The notes beneath the pieces were generated by a model that saw nothing but the letters and a program-made list of their open reading frames with translations, searched no databases and was not told where the DNA came from. From a virus (lineage: Duplodnaviria; Caudoviricetes): 38,961 bases of DNA. The DNA lies in the IMG/VR virus record IMGVR_UViG_3300005805_000204, positions 1-38,961 of that record, one strand, 5' to 3'. This document shows, one piece after another, positions 20,318 to 29,916 of the stretch; position 1 is the first letter of the stretch; each line of letters starts with the position of its first letter. A program made the position numbers and the translations under genes.

Positions 20318-20663
20318 AAACCCACGAAATGTGGGAAGTTTTAGCAAAGACGAAAATGATGTGGGTATAGGTATGGTAGGTGCCCCGGCATGTGGTGACG
20401 TCCTTAAGTTAAGTATTAAAGTAGATAAAGAAACAGGAATAATAACAGATGCCAAATTTAAAACATATGGGTGCGGGTCGGCTATTGCTAGCTCAAGTCT
20501 TGTCACTGAATGGGTCAAGGGGAAAACACTTGACCAAGCTGCCGAGCTCCGAAACAGTCAAATCGCAGAGGAACTTGCACTCCCCCCAGTCAAAATCCAT
20601 TGCTCAATCCTTGCGGAAGACGCCATCAAAGCCGCAGTAAACGATTATAAACAGAGGCACTAA
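20283..20663 (+). CDS. iscU: Fe-S cluster scaffold protein
   Basis: DHYENPRNVG, GAPACGD, FKTYGCGSAIASSS, LPPVKIHCS. Confidence 0.96.
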   Translation: MSYSAAVIDHYENPRNVGSFSKDENDVGIGMVGAPACGDVLKLSIKVDKETGIITDAKFKTYGCGSAIASSSLVTEWVKGKTLDQAAELRNSQIAEELALPPVKIHCSILAEDAIKAAVNDYKQRH

Positions 20664-20965
20664 TGTCAAATGAAACAGCAAAATACATAAACAGCCACCG
20701 CCGACATAAAAATGATGTAGCAATTGCAAGACAAGTTAAGATTGCAAAGGCACATGGCTTAACAAATAAAGACAAAGCAATTAAAGAACCACATCGTTTA
20801 GCAAAACATCATGCAATGGATTGCGGTAATCCTGAATGCTACTTATGCGGAAATCCTCGCAAGACACATAAAGACAAACTTACAGCACAAGAGAAACGGT
20901 TGTTTCAGGATGTTGAAAAAACTACAGATAAACATAGTAATGGCTTAAGCCCATCAGAAGATTAA
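20663..20965 (+). CDS. Basic hypothetical protein with putative Zn site
   Basis: HHAMDCGNPECYLCGNPR. Confidence 0.55.
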   Translation: MSNETAKYINSHRRHKNDVAIARQVKIAKAHGLTNKDKAIKEPHRLAKHHAMDCGNPECYLCGNPRKTHKDKLTAQEKRLFQDVEKTTDKHSNGLSPSED

Positions 20966-21038
20966 TCTGTCCGTTTTATTGAATAAATAACATAGAGTAT
21001 GATATACTCAAACAGACTATTACACACAAGGAGAAATT

Positions 21039-21578
21039 ATGAAAACAATCGGTGATAAATTAGAAAAATTTGTTGTTACAGGTGTTAAGCCAGGTCAACC
21101 GGAAGATGCATTCTTCCCAATTACAGAAGAAAGTTTTGCAGGTAAATGGAAGATTATCGTTTACTATCCAAAGGACTTTACTTTCGTGTGCCCTACAGAA
21201 ATCGTAGCATTTGATAAACTAGCAAGTGACTTTGCTGACCGTGACGCAGTATTGTTAACAGGTTCAACAGACAATGAGTTCTGTAAAGTAGCATGGCAAA
21301 AAGCACATCCAGACTTAGTAAAGATTAGTCATAATCAATTTGCTGATACAGCCCGTGATGAGCGTAGTTTGATTAATCAGTTAGGAGTATTCTATGCTCC
21401 GGCAGGTGCGGCACTACGCGCAACATTCATTGTTGATCCACAAAACGTTATCCAACACATCACAGTTAATAACTTAGATGTTGGTCGTAACCCAGAAGAA
21501 ACATTGCGTGTATTAGACGCATTGCAAACTGGTGAACTATGCCCGTGTAATCGTGCTATCGGTGGTGCAACACTATGA
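21039..21578 (+). CDS. ahpC: 2-Cys peroxiredoxin
   Basis: YPKDFTFVCPTE, RATFIVDP, GRNPEE, C-terminal LCPC; AAGGAG RBS. Confidence 0.95.
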   Translation: MKTIGDKLEKFVVTGVKPGQPEDAFFPITEESFAGKWKIIVYYPKDFTFVCPTEIVAFDKLASDFADRDAVLLTGSTDNEFCKVAWQKAHPDLVKISHNQFADTARDERSLINQLGVFYAPAGAALRATFIVDPQNVIQHITVNNLDVGRNPEETLRVLDALQTGELCPCNRAIGGATL

Positions 21579-22120
21579 ATCAAATCAATCCAATCACAAT
21601 CGGTGGCGACTGGGTTACAAACGTAAAAGAATCTATCCCAGATCATTCTAAAGACATTAAGTTGAACATAGATGCGGTTATTAATCGCAGTGGACTAGAT
21701 TTAGTTGATGCACATGCATGTGCATTAGCAGCCGCAATTGCTTCAGGTAACGGTGAACTAGCATTTGAAATTCAAATGAATGGTCCATTAATGGGTGCAG
21801 TAGAACGTGAGGCCGCAATGACAGCCGCTAGCTTGATGGGCCAAAACAATGTTTGGTACCCATTTGTTGAAATGGCAGGTGACGAATCAATGAAGGGTTT
21901 ACCTGCAGGGTTGCGTATGAATGCGTATGCTACTCACGGTGGTGTATCAAAGAAGAAATTCGAAATGTATTCATTAGCCGCAAGTATTGTTGGTAAATGT
22001 CATTTCTGTGTCAAGGCACATTATGATACACTAAAGAAAGAAGGTATGACTACCCAAGAGTTAATGTCTGTCGGTCGTATTGCGGCAGTCGTTACAGCAA
22101 TTGGCAAGGTTGCTGTTTGA
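21575..22120 (+). CDS. ahpD: Alkylhydroperoxidase AhpD
   Basis: AASLMGQNNVWYP, SIVGKCHFCVKAH; coupled to ahpC. Confidence 0.9.
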   Translation: MNQINPITIGGDWVTNVKESIPDHSKDIKLNIDAVINRSGLDLVDAHACALAAAIASGNGELAFEIQMNGPLMGAVEREAAMTAASLMGQNNVWYPFVEMAGDESMKGLPAGLRMNAYATHGGVSKKKFEMYSLAASIVGKCHFCVKAHYDTLKKEGMTTQELMSVGRIAAVVTAIGKVAV

Positions 22121-22717
22121 TTGATGTTTAATTGACTCCCAATCAAAATCAAAGGTTGGATCTAGTTTCTCATACATGATCCATTGCTTTGTATATTGAA
22201 TAGTAACAGGGAACTCCGGTTCATTTATTCCATTAAAAAATAAGTGGTGTGATTGTCTAGGAGTTCTTTTTTCGCCCAAACGAACTCGTTTCCATATTTT
22301 AGTAATGTTTTTATTATAATCGTTAAAGCAAATAGCAATTGCTTTAAATTTGTTCTCAATCGCCCATAATTTTTCTGCAGGCAATAATACTTCTCTAGCA
22401 ATAGAAAGATGTCTATAGTTTTTTGCTACCCATGTTCTAGTTCCGGCAATCACTAAATCCTTGCAGAACGCACTAATATAAACCCCGCTACACCCTACTA
22501 TTTGATCTCCGTCAAATGCCACATGATATTCTCCACCTGTAGTAAATCTGCTAGTACGTTCTAATAAGTAAGGAAGTGTGTTAGTCTTATTTTTCCAATC
22601 ATCGTTCCACATGTTTTCATGTGCAGGGTGCGATGTTTCTTTGCTTGCTTCTATTAGGAAATTAACAAATAATTGTTTTTGTGCGGAGTCTAACTGATAA
22701 TAGCTAATAAGTTTCAT
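22061..22717 (-). CDS. GNAT-like acyltransferase (tentative)
   Basis: VAFDGDQIVGCSG..RTWVAKNYRHLSIA resembles GNAT strands and motif A; start could be 22717 or 22723. Confidence 0.45.
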   Translation of the reverse strand: MKLISYYQLDSAQKQLFVNFLIEASKETSHPAHENMWNDDWKNKTNTLPYLLERTSRFTTGGEYHVAFDGDQIVGCSGVYISAFCKDLVIAGTRTWVAKNYRHLSIAREVLLPAEKLWAIENKFKAIAICFNDYNKNITKIWKRVRLGEKRTPRQSHHLFFNGINEPEFPVTIQYTKQWIMYEKLDPTFDFDWESIKHQSNSNLANCCNDCRNTTDRH

Positions 22718-22743
22718 ATCCATATTTATGTACTAAATAGTTC

Positions 22744-23289
22744 ATGCTCTATTTTAAAAAGATTGAAATTGAGGTGTATCATGAAATAATAGAAGGTGCA
22801 CTAGCTTACTTAAAGATTGAAGCGCCGGACATATACAATCGTACCCGTAATACTACATATTATCCGCTAAACTTAGGAAAATTAATAGAATATTGTCCAA
22901 AATTAGAATCAGCATTTGATAAGTACTCGCTAAAATGCAATATGGCAGTAGCGTATGTCATGTATAACAATAGTCACAGCACTATTCATGTTGATAAATT
23001 TTACCATGACGCTAGGATAAATATACCGTTGCTTAATTGTACAGGAACAAAGACACTGTTTTTTAATGGGGGCGAGTACGAAATTGTACACAACCCGTTA
23101 ACACAAACTAACGCTAAAAAATTGAAGTCTACGCACGGACTGCAATTTAAAACATCAGTGGAAATAGACGGTCCCACGGTAGTACGAGTTAACGAGCCGC
23201 ATACTGTAGTTATGGTCGCTAAAAATAGCCCAAGAATAACGCTGTCATTGGGATTTGATAAAGACCCTGTATTTCTCTTAGAAGATTAG
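22744..23289 (+). CDS. 2OG-Fe(II) oxygenase/cupin-like protein
   Basis: HVD...PHTV...RITLS, i.e. HxD..H..RxxxS pattern. Confidence 0.55.
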   Translation: MLYFKKIEIEVYHEIIEGALAYLKIEAPDIYNRTRNTTYYPLNLGKLIEYCPKLESAFDKYSLKCNMAVAYVMYNNSHSTIHVDKFYHDARINIPLLNCTGTKTLFFNGGEYEIVHNPLTQTNAKKLKSTHGLQFKTSVEIDGPTVVRVNEPHTVVMVAKNSPRITLSLGFDKDPVFLLED

Positions 23290-24779
23290 ATTTTCATTAA
23301 TTCTTTATAGTATAATTTTTTCTTCTCATTACTTTTAATTGCTAATTGCATATTGATTGCTAACCTAGACAATGTTGGATTCTTAATCATATTATATATT
23401 TCTTCTATATTATAACCAAGACTTAGTATCCTTCCCAACCAAGTCGCGGCTCCGAACTTTACTTTTTTAGACACTCTAGGATCAGCAAAAAATTCTTTTG
23501 TTAACTGACTAGCTCTTGCAAAGTTCATATCTGTCCCGTCCCATTGATTGTCTTGGTGTATTGTCATTCCAAATTTAGTTGGATCTCTGTCTATTTTACT
23601 ATCTGATCTACCGTCTTCTTTTGCCCTAACAAATAAAGTAGTAAACCCAAAGATATCCAGATCACACTCATCACTTACTAACCAGTCCACGGTACTACGT
23701 AAACTTTCTTCACTCTCGCCGGGTAACCCCACAATAAAATTACTACTAGTAACAATGTTACCTCTCCAAGACTCCATGCAGTACGATAATGTTTCTTTAG
23801 TTCTTTTATTGCCTAACCCTTTTCCAATTTTCTTCCCTGCAACATCATTCATTGTTTCAATTCCAAAAGTGATACTCACCGCACCACTCTCTTTAATCAT
23901 TTCACGTTGCTCGGGAAATGCATGTATTAAATCTAGTCGTGCGTAACTAGTATATGTCATCTTAAACGGTAGTGTAGTAAACACCTCATGCACTAGTTGC
24001 ATTTTTGGCATACTCTCATTAATTAACTCATCTGAAACCATGTAATGTGTAGTACCAAACATCTCATAGTTTCTTATTAATTCTTCTCGCAATGAGTCCG
24101 CAGTTTTTTGCCAGTCACCTATACGCTTACCTATTAAATCAAAGTGACAATACGCACAGCTAAAAATACAACCCCTAGATACTTCAATAGGAATACACTC
24201 GCCCGGTAATATAATATCTTGTGGTTGGTACAAGATTTTACTAGTAGCAAATTGTTCTGGTGTATAGAAGTATTCACTGCTACTACCGTCGATTACAATA
24301 ACAGGATCAGTTCTCACTGCAGGTAAGTTGTTACCATATAACAAATGTTCTATAAGTCTGACTATGGCAATGTCACCTTTGTTAACAACAGCGTAATCAA
24401 TAAATGACCATCCCACACTCATATTAATACGGGCACCACCGACAACTGTTTTTATTTTATTGTTACGTGATTTTGCATATGATAATAGACTTTCTACCTC
24501 TGCGTCAGACCTACCAAAATTATATACTCTTGATTCTTTACTTCCGTAAATACCTATACGTTTCTCCATTAACGTACAACTAAATCCAATAAGTATAGTG
24601 TCATTGGTCACAAATTTGTTAATTATATTTTCAAGTTCTTGGTAATTATACTTACTAAACAAATCAACAACTTGGCAACTATATCCAGCTTTTCTGACCT
24701 CAGTCGCTACTTTATATGTTCCTGCGTATTTTCCATAGCCGGCAGTATCGGCAACGTCTGTAAAAAGAATAACTTGCAT
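23286..24779 (-). CDS. B12-binding-domain radical SAM enzyme
   Basis: SRGCIFSCAYC (CxxxCxxC), VVGGA, FGIET, FIVGLPGE; start reassigned to MQVILF to avoid overlap with the divergent gene. Confidence 0.85.
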   Translation of the reverse strand: MQVILFTDVADTAGYGKYAGTYKVATEVRKAGYSCQVVDLFSKYNYQELENIINKFVTNDTILIGFSCTLMEKRIGIYGSKESRVYNFGRSDAEVESLLSYAKSRNNKIKTVVGGARINMSVGWSFIDYAVVNKGDIAIVRLIEHLLYGNNLPAVRTDPVIVIDGSSSEYFYTPEQFATSKILYQPQDIILPGECIPIEVSRGCIFSCAYCHFDLIGKRIGDWQKTADSLREELIRNYEMFGTTHYMVSDELINESMPKMQLVHEVFTTLPFKMTYTSYARLDLIHAFPEQREMIKESGAVSITFGIETMNDVAGKKIGKGLGNKRTKETLSYCMESWRGNIVTSSNFIVGLPGESEESLRSTVDWLVSDECDLDIFGFTTLFVRAKEDGRSDSKIDRDPTKFGMTIHQDNQWDGTDMNFARASQLTKEFFADPRVSKKVKFGAATWLGRILSLGYNIEEIYNMIKNPTLSRLAINMQLAIKSNEKKKLYYKELMKI

Positions 24780-24816
24780 AATGTTATTTAGCAATAAATA
24801 CAGGTAGGAGAATAAT

Positions 24817-25578
24817 ATGCAATTAGGATCAACTTTACGAAACATTAACTTATTGACTTTGATAATAACAAGCATTGCCATACTTGGACTATTAGTACCA
24901 ACAATGTTTACATCGACCAATCTAATAATAACAGTAATAAGTTTTTATGTATTGAATATCTTAGGAGTTTTTATGATGTTGCATAGATATTATTCTCATA
25001 AGAGTTTTGAATTTAAATTTAAATCAGTTAAATGGATATTTACTTTGTTATCTGTATTGACGGGAAGAGGCAGTCCATTAGGATGGGCATATTTGCATAG
25101 AAAACATCATGCATATTCTGATACAGAAAAAGACCCGCATAGCCCTAAATATTTAGGTTACAAGATTTTTGGATTTGGTCACTATAAAAAACAAGAAGAA
25201 GAACAAATGAAAATCTTTATGGTTAAGGAGTTAATGACAAAAGAACATCTATTCATTCACAAATGGTATATAGCTATCGTTTTGTCATTTGTAGTTATGT
25301 TAGCATTAATTAACCTAGAGCTATTATATTTTGCTTGGATACTCCCTGCATTTTTAGTTCACCTAAGTCAAAATAATTTTAATTACTTTGGTCATACATA
25401 TGGATATCGCAATTATGAAACTAAAGATGATAGCAGAAATAATGTATTTTTATTTCCTTTTATTTTAGGGGAAGCATGGCATAACAACCATCATCATAAT
25501 GCTAAAAACTATTCAACTAAAAATAGAAAATATGAATTTGATCCATTGAGTTTTATCATCGATGTGGTAAAAAAATGA
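24817..25578 (+). CDS. Membrane fatty-acid desaturase (delta-9/DesC-like)
   Basis: His boxes HRYYSH, HRKHH, GEAWHNNHH; DPHSP; hydrophobic helices. Confidence 0.9.
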   Translation: MQLGSTLRNINLLTLIITSIAILGLLVPTMFTSTNLIITVISFYVLNILGVFMMLHRYYSHKSFEFKFKSVKWIFTLLSVLTGRGSPLGWAYLHRKHHAYSDTEKDPHSPKYLGYKIFGFGHYKKQEEEQMKIFMVKELMTKEHLFIHKWYIAIVLSFVVMLALINLELLYFAWILPAFLVHLSQNNFNYFGHTYGYRNYETKDDSRNNVFLFPFILGEAWHNNHHHNAKNYSTKNRKYEFDPLSFIIDVVKK

Positions 25579-26177
25579 TAATATACACACCTATTGATCT
25601 ACCTAAAATAGAACCGGATAATTGGGAAGTATTTTGGGATATTTGGAACAAGCATCAAAATTACTTAGTTAAAACGAAAAATAATACATCGTTATCTCTT
25701 ACACCCATTGGGGCCACTGATGTGTGGTTGGGTTTAGATATTATTAAAAATTCTAACAGATACACATCTTGGGAAGCACCGTTCTTTGATATTAAGGATG
25801 TATTGCCTAATATGTATAATTCACTAATTACAATTTTACCTAATTGTACTATCAGATTGGTTCAAAGTCAAAAAGACATTAATGCACATACTGATGATAA
25901 TCTAAATATTTGGCATTTGCGGGCATACTTGCATTATACTAGTTCAAAATCTCAATGGTACTTTACAAAACCCTACGACATGCAAGGAGATAGGACTTAT
26001 ATTGAAATACCAGAGACTACAAATTGGTTTTCATACAATGATAAACATTGTTGGCACGGTACTGATTTTGATCTTGACAATAAAAAGATTCTACTGCAAG
26101 TTTTCTTCAGATCAGTCCCGGCCAAATTGATACAGCAAAGTATTGAAAAATACAGAGATTATACGATAGACCTTTGA
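25575..26177 (+). CDS. 2OG-Fe(II) oxygenase/cupin-like protein
   Basis: AHTD...WHGT pattern. Confidence 0.45.
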   Translation: MIIYTPIDLPKIEPDNWEVFWDIWNKHQNYLVKTKNNTSLSLTPIGATDVWLGLDIIKNSNRYTSWEAPFFDIKDVLPNMYNSLITILPNCTIRLVQSQKDINAHTDDNLNIWHLRAYLHYTSSKSQWYFTKPYDMQGDRTYIEIPETTNWFSYNDKHCWHGTDFDLDNKKILLQVFFRSVPAKLIQQSIEKYRDYTIDL

Positions 26178-26178
26178 T

Positions 26179-26694
26179 ATGGCTGACAATTATTACAGAC
26201 AACTTAATATTAATTCTAACATAAGCACCCATCTCAAAAATAAGATTGCTGAAACACCTGAAAATTATTGGACTACGACATTAGAACAGAATTTAATTCG
26301 GCTAACAGTAGAAGATTTCGAACTCAACCCAAAGATAGTTCAACTTATATCAGATATAGGGGACGTTACCAGACTAGCAATATATAGATTTTTTGGAAAA
26401 GAATGCTATAATTGGCATACTGACTCGATTAGACTCATTTCTATCAATATGCTGATTTCTGGATTTGATAGCATGTGTATCTTTGGTATACCAACAGTTA
26501 ATCGTAGATTCACTAAAGTTAGTAGATTACAGCATGAACCCGATCAATATTATCTCATGAACGTTAAACAAATGCACACAGTCTATAATTTCGGTTTAGA
26601 GACTAGATATGTTTTAAGTTTGGGTTTGCCTAATATTAACTACCAGGCAGCATGTGACTATTTACAAAAAAACGATTTATTACTGAATAAATAA
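26179..26694 (+). CDS. 2OG-Fe(II) oxygenase/cupin-like protein
   Basis: WHTD...MHTV...RYVLS. Confidence 0.5.
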   Translation: MADNYYRQLNINSNISTHLKNKIAETPENYWTTTLEQNLIRLTVEDFELNPKIVQLISDIGDVTRLAIYRFFGKECYNWHTDSIRLISINMLISGFDSMCIFGIPTVNRRFTKVSRLQHEPDQYYLMNVKQMHTVYNFGLETRYVLSLGLPNINYQAACDYLQKNDLLLNK

Positions 26695-26698
26695 GTAC

Positions 26699-27475
26699 AT
26701 GACACACTATCTAGCATCAAGCACTAAAGGTGCACAAATATTTATGATACTCTCATTAGTGGGAACTATTGCCGCGCTTGTCGTATATGGAATTTCTAGT
26801 TCAACTTTTTTGTTATTATTAATAGGATATTTTGTGTATGGTTGTTTAGGGATAGTAGTAACTTATCATAGACGATTAACACACAACAGTTATGATACAA
26901 GCCCGACACTAACCAAAATATTATCGGTATTTGGTTGTTTTGCAGGCACAGGTAGTCCTTTAGCATGGGTGGCTATCCATATTAATCATCACTTGAAAAG
27001 TGACAAGCCATCAGACCCGCATAGTCCATTATACAAAGGCTTGCGTATTTTTAAGCTTGACTATGTGAATGAGGTTAACGCTGATACAAAATGGCGTATG
27101 AGAGGAATGGTTACGGACAAATTCCATCAGTTTCTACACCGTTATTACTTTGCTATCCTTGCTACATATAGTATAATATTGTTTATGATTGGTGGATTTT
27201 GGTTAATGATTTTCCTTCATTGGATGCCCGCACTACTAACAGGTCTGATGAGTAATGTAGTTAATTACGTAGGACACAAGCCTGGCTGGCTAGGTGGATA
27301 TCGTAGTTATAATCTTAACGACCAGAGTTCAAATAATTGGTTGTGGGCTATTCCTAGTTGGGGCGAAGCCTGGCATAACAATCATCATAGATTTCCCAAA
27401 GATTACACTTTTAAAAAGCAATGGTGGGAGTTTGACATTTCTGGTTTAATAATAAAGCTAATTAAAACCCAATGA
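26699..27475 (+). CDS. Second membrane fatty-acid desaturase
   Basis: HRRLTH, HINHH, DPHSP, GEAWHNNHH. Confidence 0.9.
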   Translation: MTHYLASSTKGAQIFMILSLVGTIAALVVYGISSSTFLLLLIGYFVYGCLGIVVTYHRRLTHNSYDTSPTLTKILSVFGCFAGTGSPLAWVAIHINHHLKSDKPSDPHSPLYKGLRIFKLDYVNEVNADTKWRMRGMVTDKFHQFLHRYYFAILATYSIILFMIGGFWLMIFLHWMPALLTGLMSNVVNYVGHKPGWLGGYRSYNLNDQSSNNWLWAIPSWGEAWHNNHHRFPKDYTFKKQWWEFDISGLIIKLIKTQ

Positions 27476-27903
27476 TAATACTGTATTTCTTACTATGGAC
27501 TCTAATGTTATATTGGATTCATAGAATATGTCATTTGGTGCCTGTCATCCGCCGGATACACATGCACCATCACAGATATATACTCAATCATGATACTAAA
27601 TGGCATTGGTCTAATTTATTTCTCTTTAACGATGACTGGACTAGCACAATAGACTTGTGGATCACAGAAGTCATCCCGACATTATTATTCTCATTGGTTA
27701 CAGGTCAATGGTGGATTAGTGTATTCTATTATGTGTGGGCCGCCTTTATACAAGAAACAATTGAACATAACAGCAATGTAGATTTACCTATACTTACTAG
27801 TGGCAAGTGGCATTTGATCCATCATATGTCATCGTCTAACTATGGGTTATTCTTCCCAGCCTGGGACATACTATTCGGAACTAATAAACATGTACACAAG
27901 TGA
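27472..27903 (+). CDS. Minimal sterol-desaturase/fatty-acid-hydroxylase family protein
   Basis: YWIHRICH, HMHHH, IEH, HLIHH, NYG..WDILFGT. Confidence 0.85.
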   Translation: MIILYFLLWTLMLYWIHRICHLVPVIRRIHMHHHRYILNHDTKWHWSNLFLFNDDWTSTIDLWITEVIPTLLFSLVTGQWWISVFYYVWAAFIQETIEHNSNVDLPILTSGKWHLIHHMSSSNYGLFFPAWDILFGTNKHVHK

Positions 27904-28801
27904 AAATAATTGGTATAGTTGGAGTTACAATGACAGACTGTTCGATAGACAAACCGGTCACGATACCTTCAATACTAAATTTACGAGTATAACTAAACTA
28001 GTTGGTACTTTTAAAGAAGAACTATTAAATGCTGCACGTAGTTCAATGGATCATTGTAATTCAAAACCTGTTATACTCTTTAGCGGTGGTGTTGATAGTG
28101 AAATAATGTTACGTGCCTTTTTAGATATAGGAGTTACACCCGAGATAGTGATTGCACGGTATGAGAATGACTACAATATCTATGATGTGAGTTATGCAGT
28201 GACGATTTGTTCGATATTAAATGTACCCTATAAGATATTAGACATGAATCTTCAGAAATTCTATGAAAATGACGCGGAACGAATGTCTGAATTATCACAA
28301 ATCGATAGACCTAGAGCGTTACCTTACTGTAAACTACTAGAGACAGTAGACGGATTCCCCATAATGGGGTCAAGTGATTTATCACCTTGGAGAACCAATG
28401 ACGATTATAGTAGTAACGGAACTTGGATGATACGCTGTTGGGAACACGATATAGGATGGTCAAAGTTTTTACGTGAGATAGACAAACCTGGAATTGCTGA
28501 ATGGTTTAAATGGACTCCTGGATTAGTGCTATCATATTTGAGCACTGATTGGTTTAATAAGTTAATCAATGATGAATACATTGGAAAGTTAGGTTCTAAT
28601 TCAACTAAGATTATTGGCTACAGGGAAGCATATCCTGATATTATTGAACGCAAAAAACAAACAGGCTTCGAGAAAGTTGATCCACTGATTAATGAGTTCG
28701 AAACATTCTTACAAACAAAATACAAAGGATTACCGTATAGACAAGTAGTAGATAGAACTATCACTGAGCTTTATAATGATATACAGGGAACTATTAGATG
28801 A
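27890..28801 (+). CDS. PP-loop ATPase (adenine nucleotide alpha-hydrolase; asparagine-synthase/QueC-like)
   Basis: ILFSGGVDSE; C-terminal RKKQTGFE; start placed at MYTSEN. Confidence 0.7.
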   Translation: MYTSENNWYSWSYNDRLFDRQTGHDTFNTKFTSITKLVGTFKEELLNAARSSMDHCNSKPVILFSGGVDSEIMLRAFLDIGVTPEIVIARYENDYNIYDVSYAVTICSILNVPYKILDMNLQKFYENDAERMSELSQIDRPRALPYCKLLETVDGFPIMGSSDLSPWRTNDDYSSNGTWMIRCWEHDIGWSKFLREIDKPGIAEWFKWTPGLVLSYLSTDWFNKLINDEYIGKLGSNSTKIIGYREAYPDIIERKKQTGFEKVDPLINEFETFLQTKYKGLPYRQVVDRTITELYNDIQGTIR

Positions 28802-29916
28802 ATGAATGTGGATTTTACCAGGTAGGAGATAACATCTTTCACATAAAGAATCGTGCAGTGTATGAGTCAATCTGTACCAAATCTCCCATGTCATGGAATT
28901 TCCATGACGATATTTTTGCTAATTTTAAAAAGACACAATTTCACAATTTGGGTAAAATACCACTAGATGACTGGTACAAACTAAGAGCCCAGCAATTGCG
29001 AGATGAGTATGATTATCTAATATTGAACTATAGTGGTGGCCCTGATAGTCATAATATCTTGGCGACTTTCTTACGAAACAAAATTCATTTAGATGAGATT
29101 CATGTAAAATATAGTCATTCAGTAGACTCAAAAATTTATTCTCCTACTAATCAAATCAAGAGTGCAGAAAATATTCATAGTGAATATGATTTGGTTATAA
29201 AACCAGTATTAGAACAGTTAACGGTTACAAATCCTGAAATTAAAATTTCAATCCATGATATTTTTGAGACCGGAACTAACATATTAGAAGATGAAACTTT
29301 TTTAGCATCAGGTCATTTTACAGGTGCATTTGAACTGTTCAGGCAACAACAATATTCTAAAACGATAGATACACTTTCTGAAAAAGGTAAAAAAGTAGCT
29401 GACATATTTGGTGTAGATAAACCTTTGTTAGTGTATAAAGATAAGTGCTTATATACATTCTTTTCAGATGCAGTGGTTAACACTGCGGGAAATCGCCATA
29501 TGAATAAATCAAATGCATCAGTTGAACTTTTCTACTGGACTCCCGATATGCCACAAATTGCAATGGAACAGGCATACGCTCACTACTTGCATTTTAAAAA
29601 AAATCCGTCACTGTTATCATTAATTGATTACAATACTGTTACCCCGTATGATCCAATTAGACTAGAAATGATTAGGCAATTGTCAATTAATTTGATATAC
29701 ACTACTTGGGACCACTCAAAATTTCAAGCTGAAAAATCTGTATATTATTCTCAATACGGGAGGTCACGTGATAAGTATTACATAAATCATAAAGAATTTC
29801 AGAAATATTTGCAGATATACAATTACCATGCATCTGCGTGGTCTTCGGTAGCACAGTCGCAAAATTCAAAAACTTTTTATTCACCATGGATTAATATAGG
29901 ATATTTAGATGTATAA
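28798..29916 (+). CDS. PP-loop ATPase-like protein
   Basis: RAQQLRDEYDYLILNYSGGPDS, GVDKP, ELFYW. Confidence 0.7.
   Translation: MNECGFYQVGDNIFHIKNRAVYESICTKSPMSWNFHDDIFANFKKTQFHNLGKIPLDDWYKLRAQQLRDEYDYLILNYSGGPDSHNILATFLRNKIHLDEIHVKYSHSVDSKIYSPTNQIKSAENIHSEYDLVIKPVLEQLTVTNPEIKISIHDIFETGTNILEDETFLASGHFTGAFELFRQQQYSKTIDTLSEKGKKVADIFGVDKPLLVYKDKCLYTFFSDAVVNTAGNRHMNKSNASVELFYWTPDMPQIAMEQAYAHYLHFKKNPSLLSLIDYNTVTPYDPIRLEMIRQLSINLIYTTWDHSKFQAEKSVYYSQYGRSRDKYYINHKEFQKYLQIYNYHASAWSSVAQSQNSKTFYSPWINIGYLDV

Noticed and set aside
22061-22120. 60-bp convergent overlap of ahpD and the GNAT-like gene as a regulatory device
   Set aside because: More simply explained by a stop-codon run-on at an island boundary with no terminator.
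24780-24920. N-terminal extension of the radical SAM ORF (likewise upstream starts at 7513, 17936, 27842, 31155 and 37451)
   Set aside because: They overlap neighbouring genes or promoter motifs; downstream ATGs fit RBS, coupling or TAAATA spacing better.
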